Part shown: in pieces, positions 1 to 9,372 of the stretch
How positions within the stretch are numbered: the stretch's first letter is position 1
Layout of the letters: each line of letters begins with the position of its first letter
DNA from: Histomonas meleagridis 2922-C6/04-290x
Lineage: Eukaryota > Protista > Parabasalia
Direction of reading: 5' to 3'
Assembly (NCBI GenBank): GCA_020184695.1
Contig: JAANOX010000130.1
Location: 124,001-188,000 of the forward strand
DNA: 64,000 nt
Position numbers and translations under genes: made by a program
The notes under the pieces: generated by a model
Seen by the model: only the letters and a program-made list of their open reading frames with translations
Database searches by the model: none
Told to the model about the DNA's origin: nothing

Positions 1-1204
1 AAATCGAAAAACTTCAAGAAATATCATCACAAGAAAATTTCGATTTTAATCAAAAAATTGAACCATCACTTTATGAAAGATGTTCATTTGTTAATCATGA
101 AAATGTTAGATTAATTGATTATGCAGCATTTTTTGGATCTGTTAAATGTTTTAAATATTTATTTATGAATGGAGCAAATATAAATAATACAGGTAAATAT
201 GCAGTTGCAGGTGGAAACGAAGAAATTATTCATTTATGTGAACAGAATCATTCATCATTTGAAGGTGCATATGAAACAGCAATTGAATTTCATCTAAATG
301 ATATCTTTAAATATATTTATGAAAATGAATCAGAAAAAATACAATCAACGCCAAAAATGTCTGAAGAAATACGACCAAAGTCAATGCTTCAAACGCCTGG
401 AGATAGAACTAATCATTTGGTAAGTTTTTGTATTCAAAAAGATAATTATGAAATTCTAAAATATTTTGAAGAAAAAGGAATTAATGTTGATGTTGATAAT
501 ATAAATGAATCAGCAAGAAATGGAAATTTATATCTCGTGAAGTATTTCCTTCAAAATAATCAAATTCCAAAAAATATTTTGCCATTTGCTTCAGAATCAG
601 GAAATATTGAACTTGTGAAATATGTTTTAGAACAAAAAGGAATTGATGTTAATGAAAAACATATTCATTTTAATAATTTTGGATTTATTTTAATAATTTT
701 ATATATGTTTTAATAAATTGGAATATGTTTTAATAATTTGGAATATGTTTTAATAATTTAAAATATGTTTTAATAATTTGTAATATGTTTTAATAATTTG
801 AAACAGCACTTCATATATCAGTTAGAAATAATAATATAGAAATATTAAAATTACTTTTAGATGAAGGAATTGATGTTAATGCAAAAAATATTCATTTCAA
901 TAATTTAGAATATGTTTTAATAATTTAAAATATGTTTTAATAATTTGAAACAGCACTTCATATAGCAGTTAGAAATAATTATATAGAAATAGTAAAATTA
1001 CTTTTAGATAAAGGAATTGATGTTAATGCAAAAAATATTCATTTGAATAATTTAGAATATCCTTTAATAATTTGGACTTTATTTTAATAATATTTTACTG
1101 CAATTCAAATTGCACAACAAAAAGGTTTCATAGAAATAGTAAGTTTCCTTCATGAAAAAAGAATAAATGAAAATTTTAATTCAGAATCTCCCAATAAATA
1201 TTAA
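1..1204 (+). CDS. DUF3447-like/ankyrin-repeat protein (locus A), 5'-truncated by the window, interrupted by three loop inserts (663-799, 890-946, 1037-1093)
   Basis: Open frame from nt 3 (IEKLQEISSQENFDFNQKIEPSLYERCSF...LIDYAAFFGSVKCFKYL) to ..GIDVNEKH at 662. Then stop-free ankyrin segments 800-889 (ETALHISVRNNNIEILKLLLDEGIDVNAKN), 947-1036 and 1094-1204. Confidence 0.8.
661..800. repeat. 20-nt tandem repeat, about 7 copies, consensus AATATGTTTTAATAATTTGG, forming the first ankyrin insert
   Basis: Directly visible: gaatatgttt taataatttg repeated with a 20-nt period. The same unit recurs at 899-946 and 1046-1093. Confidence 0.95.
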
Positions 1205-3028
1205 ATCATCATTTTCAATAAGAAAAGAAGTATATTTTACTAATCATCATAAGCAACTCGAAGATCAAATGTACTCAGAAAACAATAGAAAGAAAAGTAC
1301 CAAAACAAATGTTGATATAAACACTCAAGCATGTGAAAATCATTAAAATCACAATACACGAAAATATATCAGCTGAACGATGTAATATTTTACAATTTTC
1401 ATTATGTTCCACTCGTAATTATAATTATTTTATAAAATCACATTTCCGTTTTCATTACCACAAGAACTTGACAAGAACTTTTTCCAGGTAAGAATAATTT
1501 TAAAATCATATATTCCATCAATCAAATCTATAGCTTCTTTAAATCACATGAACAACTCCATTTTACTCATGATTCAATAGCTAATTTGATTATTGCCTTA
1601 TCGACAACATTGAAAAAGAATATATTGGCGCCAAATCCAGAGGCGTTGTTAGATGAAATCATTGAATATCTTCTTGATTCAGATAATGCAAGGTCACAAC
1701 TTGAATAACATTTTCCTAATGAACTGATCCTTTACAAACACTTAAAGAAATTACTTCTTTTAATAACAAAACAGATCCAACACAAGCCAATTTCGTTTGT
1801 TGGTTTACACCAAACAATAAAATCGACACATATTTCTTGAAGGTACACTTTCGACGTGATGACCCATACAATGAGATACCCAAACTGAGAAAATAAACAT
1901 ATTTTGATGAATTTTTTGATTTTTATTGATTCTCTATCGTCACTTAAGTAAAAATCTGTTTTCAAATTGAGAGAAAAATATGAAGATCAAAATGGGAATT
2001 TCGAAATCAATTTTTTCAAATATATATATTTTTTGAGTCAAATATTGATGTATATTATATTTTATAAAAGGTAGTTCTTAGATCTTATCTTCAGGATGAT
2101 TTTTTCATTAAATTTACTTCATTTTTTTATCAAGTGGCGATGGTCTTTTTTTTCTTGTTAAAAAATTAAAATAAGATAAATATTAATATATATATGATGA
2201 TTTATCAAGAATTTAAATTTCGATGCCATAAAATTATCGTTGAAAAAGAGGATTTGAAGTAGCTCTATAAACTATTTAAATTTGGTGCAATTAAACGGAA
2301 AGAAACCACATATTGGAAAAAAAGTGAAAGAAAAAATACTCATATTATCTTGAAAGATTCTAACTATACCTCATCAGTGAAAGAAAAAATCAATCATATA
2401 AAATTACCAAAAAAATAATTCAAACATAATTGTTCAAATAATGATTTCATTGCGAGCCACATGACGGAGTTTCTTTAAGAAGGCAATCTCATGAAAAAAA
2501 AAAATAATTATTTAATTAGGGTAAGAAATAAAGAAAGAAATGAAATTAATGTGTGAGACGATCATACCTCGGACCACGAGGACACAAGGTGCTTGAGAAT
2601 CACATGTGTCGGTATTGTCTTATAGAACAGAAGAACCATCTTCCATACCCCAATACAATAACATTATGGCCCAACAATTGAACAGCTCTGTTTGACATTA
2701 AAATAATCGCCATTTGAAGTCGAAATAGCCAAATAGAAGAAATATGATATACAATTACGTGCCAGCAAACAAATATAAAATTATAAAGTAACAAAATTTG
2801 ATTATCATAATAAAACATGAAAAATTCTATCGATGGAATTTTTATAAAGATTTTAAAATACACATATGAGTATTCAGACAAAATTGAGCAGAATATCAAA
2901 CGTAATTAATTAAAGGCTTACAAAATTCCTTTTTATATAATGTTTTGCGATTTCGAATCTTGCTCTTGATGAAAAAGTGATTGAAGTTTATCGTTTGAAA
3001 ATTGACACCAATCGAGCGATAGGTTCTG

Positions 3029-4420
3029 ATGCTTGGATTGTTTTTGTTATGCTTCAGGATAAAATTGCCTATAGGAGAGAGCACCAACATTCCTCTTTTT
3101 GATGGAAAGGAGCTTAAAGAAAAATTAAGAAAAACAAAAAGATCGATTGTATTTTTTACAGACACGACTGATAGAATGGATTTTACAGATTTTGCAATCA
3201 AAAAATTCAAAAGGCAAATTAAATTTTTCCGGTCTAATGAAGAAAATGGAAAAGAGTACAATTGTTTGATTTTCCCATGTTTTATTGCTTTTGCAAACGG
3301 AAAGAAAACTAGTGGATACTATGAACTTCCTAAGCCTACTTCATTTGCTCAATGGGTAGAGACTACTTTAACTCCAGGATATGTTAAAATCAAAACATTA
3401 GAATCACTTCGCCAAATTATGGAAGGATTTGCACCTGCTGTAATTGGTGTTGACATTGACGAGAAGCCAGAAGATTTACCAAAAGAACTTAGTTTTTATT
3501 CAGTTAATAGTGATCTATTTTCTAATTTCAATATCACTGTCGAAAAAGGATATTATTTTTATAGAACATGCGACCATGAGTTAGTTCCAGTTCAAGACAT
3601 GGCAGACATCAAAAAAGCAAATGAATCAATTTATGACATGGTTTCCATTAGCATGTTAAACACAACTTTCTTTGGCGGCTATTACATTGGCTTTGTTAAC
3701 GAAACATCATCACAACTTGAATTACAAATTTTGAAGAAGATTGCACCTCAATTTCCAGACGTTGCATTTTCGATTTTTTATGGAAAATATGCCCACAAAC
3801 ACATCCAAAGTGCAGATTTATCAAACTTAGAAGCTCCGTTTTTCTTTGTTTTGTCTAGAGAAGACACTGATGGTGGAAGATGGATTATCTACAATACCTC
3901 AAAAATTCACGACGAACAATATATTTCCGAGTTTGTCAATGGAATTGTTAATGGAACGGAACCATATTCAATAATTAGTGAACCAATTGAAAATGATTCT
4001 GATGTCGAATTCAAAAAAGTTGTTGCGCTTAATTTCCACGAGAGAGTCATAAACAACACAAACGATGTACTCATTACGTTCACTGCACCTTGGTGTCATC
4101 ATTGTCAACATTTCAAGCCTATTTTGAACGAAGCTGCAAAATTGGCATCTGGAACAAATGTTAAAATCTATTGGATTGATGCAACATCAAACGATTTGCC
4201 AGAGGAAGTTCCCTCGATTGACGGATATCCAACTTCTTTCTTTTGGCCTGGTAACGATAAAAAGAATCCAATCCCTTATGACGGTGCTCGCACTGTTACA
4301 AGCATATTCGAGTTCATCAAGAAACATAGCTCATCCCCATTTGAAATACCTGAATTTGATGAAAAAGAAATTAAGAGCAAGATTAAGATGCAGCAAGAGG
4401 CCAATGAAAATGGAGAGTAG
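3029..4420 (+). CDS. Protein disulfide isomerase-like thioredoxin-domain protein
   Basis: 463-aa ORF with an N-terminal hydrophobic signal. C-terminal Trx domain FTAPWCHHC...IDATSNDLP...IDGYPT...YDGART. Confidence 0.85.
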   Translation: MLGLFLLCFRIKLPIGESTNIPLFDGKELKEKLRKTKRSIVFFTDTTDRMDFTDFAIKKFKRQIKFFRSNEENGKEYNCLIFPCFIAFANGKKTSGYYELPKPTSFAQWVETTLTPGYVKIKTLESLRQIMEGFAPAVIGVDIDEKPEDLPKELSFYSVNSDLFSNFNITVEKGYYFYRTCDHELVPVQDMADIKKANESIYDMVSISMLNTTFFGGYYIGFVNETSSQLELQILKKIAPQFPDVAFSIFYGKYAHKHIQSADLSNLEAPFFFVLSREDTDGGRWIIYNTSKIHDEQYISEFVNGIVNGTEPYSIISEPIENDSDVEFKKVVALNFHERVINNTNDVLITFTAPWCHHCQHFKPILNEAAKLASGTNVKIYWIDATSNDLPEEVPSIDGYPTSFFWPGNDKKNPIPYDGARTVTSIFEFIKKHSSSPFEIPEFDEKEIKSKIKMQQEANENGE

Positions 4421-4776
4421 TGTGTATAAATAGTATTAAGGAAGATATTACCAATAGGACATTCTTTTATCTAACTAAAGATTTTGATAACTGTTAGCGG
4501 TGTTTCAAAACATGGATTTTGTATCATTGATTCTCTTAATAGAGCGCTGGCTCACGGGTTAAGTTATTTTTTTAATTTGAATTAAGATTATTTGCTTATT
4601 ATTGAAATTTGTGTGGATGACGTCAATGGTTTTGACCATAAAATAATCGTATAATTGAATTTTCAGATACTGGACAACCAGTGTTGAATTCACTTTTTGA
4701 TTATTTTCAATTCAAAAGTGTCTTTTAAAGTGAAAAATATAAATAAAATTGAGTCAGTCGGCCAAATACTTTTAGA

Positions 4777-4786
4777 TCATATCACA
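4777..4786 (+). promoter_or_regulatory. Trichomonad initiator (Inr, TCA-Y-W), tandem
   Basis: TCATATCACA lies 8-17 nt upstream of the profilin ATG and is repeated at 5838-5847. Confidence 0.6.
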
Positions 4787-4793
4787 TCTACAA

Positions 4794-5168
4794 ATGTCTG
4801 GTTGGAACGCATATCTTGCTGATGTTAAAGATATCTGCTCAGGCTGTGCCATTGTTTCACTTCAAGGAGCACTTTGTGGCAAAGAAGGTAAGTGGGAAGC
4901 AAAACAAGCTGAAATGCAAAACTATGCAGCATGCCTTAACAACATTTCATCAGCACAATCAAAAGGAATTACATACAATGGTAAGAAATATATCATTGTT
5001 CGTGCTGTTGATGATTCTATTCTTGCACAACTTGGAAAAGAAGCAGTTGTTCTCCAAAAGGCCAAAACAGTTTTAGTAGCAGCCAAATGTGTTGATGGTC
5101 AAGTTCCAGCAGCAGCAGCGGCGGGTGTTTCTAAATGTGTTGCTAAGTTAATGGCAGCCAATTGCTAA
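4794..5168 (+). CDS. Profilin (copy 1)
   Basis: MSGWNAYL...GITYNGKKYIIVRA...AVVLQKAKTVLVAA profilin pattern, 124 aa. TCATATCACA initiator just upstream. Confidence 0.9.
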   Translation: MSGWNAYLADVKDICSGCAIVSLQGALCGKEGKWEAKQAEMQNYAACLNNISSAQSKGITYNGKKYIIVRAVDDSILAQLGKEAVVLQKAKTVLVAAKCVDGQVPAAAAAGVSKCVAKLMAANC

Positions 5169-5854
5169 ATTCTCTAAAGAATTTTCCCAACTTTCTTTTC
5201 TTTTATCAAAATTTTTATGTAGTTTCACTTTCGCCAAGAAATGTATACCTTCAACCTCTTAAAAGATGGATATCCACCATTTTCGTAAGTAAAACGTTTA
5301 GGTTTTATCCTGTAAAATCGGTACTTTTTGAACGTCAGTTTCTGGAAGAGAAATAATTTCCAAGTTGCCATGACTTGCTTAATATGATGACTTTACAAGA
5401 ATTGTAAACAAATAGAATGTGATAATGTTGTTATATATTCATTGTTTTCAAAGAAAAAACATTAAATCATATACAATCTTTAAACAATTTTTCAAATCGA
5501 AAATTATTTTTTATAGTTATAAAAAAAATATTGTATTGTTTTGTAATGCCATATAATAATAGTATAGCTTTTTTACTTGAATATTGTAGTTTCGTTCTGA
5601 TTGAAAAGAAAATCAATAAAAAAAATCAAAAAGATTAAGAGAATTTAAACATCAATGCATATCACAAAACTTAGCATCTATTACCAAGTTTTTAATATTC
5701 AAAGTTTAATAAAATGATTTTTGATAAGATTATCTCCTTCACCTTTACATTTACATTTTATTTTTATAAAACCGCTACTTTTGAATGAATTCAAATATTT
5801 GAAATAAATCTACAGAATTGAGTGGCTGACAAACCAATCATATCACATCTACAA

Positions 5855-6229
5855 ATGTCTGGTTGGAACGCATATCTTGCTGATGTTAAAGATATCTGCT
5901 CAGGCTGTGCCATTGTTTCACTTCAAGGAGCACTTTGTGGCAAGGAAGGTAAGTGGGAAGCAAAACAAGCTGAAATGCAAAACTATGCAGCATGCCTTAA
6001 CAACATTTCATCAGCACAATCAAAAGGAATTACATACAATGGTAAGAAATATATCATTGTTCGTGCTGTTGATGATTCTATTCTTGCACAACTTGGAAAA
6101 GAAGCAGTTGTTCTCCAAAAGGCCAAAACAGTTTTAGTAGCAGCCAAATGTGTTGATGGTCAAGTTCCAGCAGCAGCAGCGGCGGGTGTTTCTAAATGTG
6201 TTGCTAAGTTAATGGCAGCCAATTGCTAA
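5855..6229 (+). CDS. Profilin (copy 2), protein identical to copy 1
   Basis: Same sequence at offset 1061. The real ATG is at 5855; the ORF-track start at 5822 is a GTG. Confidence 0.9.
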   Translation: MSGWNAYLADVKDICSGCAIVSLQGALCGKEGKWEAKQAEMQNYAACLNNISSAQSKGITYNGKKYIIVRAVDDSILAQLGKEAVVLQKAKTVLVAAKCVDGQVPAAAAAGVSKCVAKLMAANC

Positions 6230-6698
6230 ATTCTCTAAAGAATTTTCCCAACTTTCTTTTCTTTTATCAAAATTTTCTATGGTGTCAAATATTTTTGAGT
6301 TGAATTTCTATTAAATATTTTACGTTTCAATAGTTGTAAAAAAATCGAAAACTTTTCCTCTATTTAAATCTCCAATTTTTTCCAAGCAAATTACGAATGA
6401 AACTTATACGCTATTCTTATGTGTCTTTAAATATATCTAAAACATTCCGTTATGATTCATCATTTTTCATTCTTATACATTCTTTATACTTAAAGCCATC
6501 AAATTTTAGACTAAATTTCATAGGATGAATATTCGTCTGCACGCTGAACTGTTAAAGAAAAACATTTAACCTAAAAATCAAATTTGATAATAAATTTGTT
6601 CTAATTTTTGAAAATAACAAAATAACCAACTTAACAATACCCTTGATTAACACAAAACAAGTGTTTGTATTTTTCATAAAAATTTATGAATGAGATAT

Positions 6699-7199
6699 TT
6701 ATGTGCAACTTCCTTTCTTTGTGTTCAAAATGATGGATACAATGAAACCGTATAGACCTAAAACTTCTCCAAAAATGAGAATAAGCATTGCACCCATAAT
6801 TAATCTTGGTTGTTCTGCAAGAGCCCTTACAGCAACATTTCCTGCAACACCAATACATATACCTGACGCCAATCCTGTGAATCCAACACTTAATCCGCCA
6901 GCAAAGTTTGCATATGCATTATATGATGGATATGGGATATTGATTGTAGGTGCTATGATAACTGATGTAACAAGACCGTAAATACCTACAATACCTGCCA
7001 TAATGATTGGCAATATGCATTTAAAAACCATATCTGGATGAACAGAGCAAACAGTAAAAAGACCAATTGCAGATTTATATGTACCCACAGCACTGCCAAT
7101 AGATGTTAACGCGAGCGCAAAAGCAACTCCAAGATATGAAAACATTGGTGCAATTGGTGGGCAGTCAGCTGGATAAGTTGGGGCTCCTTCTCCTCCCAT
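6699..7199 (-). CDS. ATP6V0C: V-type ATPase 16-kDa proteolipid subunit c
   Basis: APMFSYLGVAFALALTSIGSAVGTYKS...IIMAGIVGIYGL...LILIFGEVLGLYG, with the conserved proton-carrying Glu. Confidence 0.95.
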   Translation of the reverse strand: MGGEGAPTYPADCPPIAPMFSYLGVAFALALTSIGSAVGTYKSAIGLFTVCSVHPDMVFKCILPIIMAGIVGIYGLVTSVIIAPTINIPYPSYNAYANFAGGLSVGFTGLASGICIGVAGNVAVRALAEQPRLIMGAMLILIFGEVLGLYGFIVSIILNTKKGSCT

Positions 7200-7591
7200 T
7201 TGTTGATAAAAATTTGAGATGTTTGTTTGATTTGCTTGAATCGTATCTAAACGGTCTCCATATGGACTTTTTGGTTATTCTATGAATTACATTTGGTTTT
7301 GGGGTTGGCGTGTTTACCCGATTCAAATTTCATGGGTGTGAAGATTTCGACGATAATTTTCCCCACTTTTGCATACAATTGATCCGTTTATTGGGGTTAC
7401 CCTTTGCTGTATCGGCGGTATTTTTCTGTATCGTAATGACAGTATAAAGCATTCAATTTTAATTCAAAAAGTTTAAATTGTTAAACGTACACTTTAAAGT
7501 GCCATATAAACAGACCCAAAAGTGAACTTCACTTCCTTTCAATTTTGATGCCCTCTATGGTTGATGGCCAATATCCCGACCACTTTTCACA

Positions 7592-8623
7592 ATGTGCTTT
7601 TCCTTTCGGCAGCCTTTCCAGCCAATCCAACCTAGGGTTGTGAATGATGTTGAGACTTCTCGGACTTTAAAGCTTAATCAATACCTTTTAGCTGCAAAAA
7701 TTGAATCGACATCAAATGCAAAAGTATATATAGCTATTGATGTTAAAGGTTCAAAACAGTTTGCAGCAAAGGCCATAAAAATTAACCAACATATAGAATT
7801 AGGGGGCAGTACGAGTGGCTTGGAAAGAGAAATTCGATTGATGAGAGTATTAAATCATCCAAACATAGTTAAGTTGCATGAAGTCCTTTATCGTAGCGAA
7901 ATAGAAACAGCTTATTTAATAATGGACTATGCAGATTGTGGATCTTTAGCTAACGCAATTAAAACTGGAACGAATTTTACAGAGGCCCAAATCTTTACTA
8001 TAGCTTATCAAATAGCTCAAGGTCTTAATTATTTACATTCCAGGGAAATTGTTCATCAAGATATCAAACCTTCAAATGTATTATTGTTTAAAAACGGAAC
8101 AGCTAAACTTAGTGACTTTGGAATAGGCCATTCATTCCAAAGTGCTGAAATGGTGTTTGGCACACCTGCTTATCAAGCTCCCGAATATTTCGATGAAGAA
8201 TCAGAACTTGATCCTATCAAAGAAGATGTGTGGAGTTTAGGGGTTACGTTATATGAGATGTTAACACATCGCCTTCCATTTATTGGTAACTCTGCATATG
8301 AAATTGCATTTAATGCGCGTGAAAAAAAACTTGAAATTCCTCAAAATATATCACAACAACTCAAAAAACTTGTTCAAATGATGTTAGAAATTGATCCATC
8401 AAAGAGATGTACAGTTGATGAAATTATTGATTTCTTGACACCACTCGAACATAACGATTTCCCTAAGTTACCACAAATTAAGCCAAACTATAAAAACTAT
8501 AAAAAGTTTACAGACGTCTCGGCCGAAATTTGTGGAGAAAATTTCTCTTTTTCAGCAGGCCATCTTCGCTTGTCCAAAGATGGCTGCTCTCCATTGGTTC
8601 GATGTAGGAACCATTCCTATTGA
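7592..8623 (+). CDS. Ser/Thr protein kinase (CAMK-like)
   Basis: AAKAIK, HQDIKPSN, DFG, GTPAYQAPE and DVWSLG motifs. Confidence 0.92.
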   Translation: MCFSFRQPFQPIQPRVVNDVETSRTLKLNQYLLAAKIESTSNAKVYIAIDVKGSKQFAAKAIKINQHIELGGSTSGLEREIRLMRVLNHPNIVKLHEVLYRSEIETAYLIMDYADCGSLANAIKTGTNFTEAQIFTIAYQIAQGLNYLHSREIVHQDIKPSNVLLFKNGTAKLSDFGIGHSFQSAEMVFGTPAYQAPEYFDEESELDPIKEDVWSLGVTLYEMLTHRLPFIGNSAYEIAFNAREKKLEIPQNISQQLKKLVQMMLEIDPSKRCTVDEIIDFLTPLEHNDFPKLPQIKPNYKNYKKFTDVSAEICGENFSFSAGHLRLSKDGCSPLVRCRNHSY

Positions 8624-9372
8624 AAGGTGCTGCAGAAAGTGCACATTTGAAACCAATGAAAATTTTATATAGTAAATTATAATTGAATTTCGTTTATTAA
8701 TAAATCTTTGAAATGAGGTTCATCGTTTTCGTTATTCATAATTTGTGATTTAACATAAAGTACGAAAAAAAAATATTTCTGAAATACATGATGTAATTTG
8801 CTGCATCAGGTCGTTCTTTTAGTCTCTGATCAGCTTTGGGCGATGTTAAAAATAAATACATATAAGAAAAGTGTTTGTTGTGATAAGGAATTGTGGAATT
8901 GGAGAAGCACTTTAATGTTTCATCATGCGTGATTTATACATTATATGAAAGTTATTACAAATGTGCACACATGATTAAATTATGAAATCTTTTTATGACT
9001 ATAGTCACGCGATTTTTTCTTTTTTTAAATTGAGATTTTGATAGTTAAAGCGAATAAAAAGACTTTTACTAAAGCAATCATGAAACGTTAATGATAGCAT
9101 TAAACATTCTTTTGCCAAAAAAGCATGCTTTATTTAAAGAAACCTTCATCATTAAAAGAATTTTGGAAAAAATAATTTTAAAGTTCAATTAAAACAGTAA
9201 AAATTTAGAATAGCATTTCAAATATGATAAATTCCAAAAATTGATTCAAAACTTCATTCTTGAGGGAAACTTCAGATTCGAATCGCTAGAAGAACGTTAC
9301 ATAAAGTATTTAAAAAAAATGAAAACTTTTTCAGGCGAAACATATCGTACCATTCAGGATTTTTTGTGCTAA

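Noticed and set aside
661-800. Regularly spaced repeats as a possible CRISPR array
   Set aside because: These are head-to-tail 20-mers without unique spacers, in a eukaryotic context with no cas genes. The same applies to the 170-bp ankyrin arrays.
1500-2720. Protein-like remnants and short ORFs (1732-1965, 2600-2899)
   Set aside because: Stop-riddled with no recognisable motif; no product can be supported.
4816-5076. Alternative-frame and antisense ORFs overlapping real genes (here and throughout the ORF track)
   Set aside because: They are shadow ORFs of well-supported CDSs with no independent motifs.
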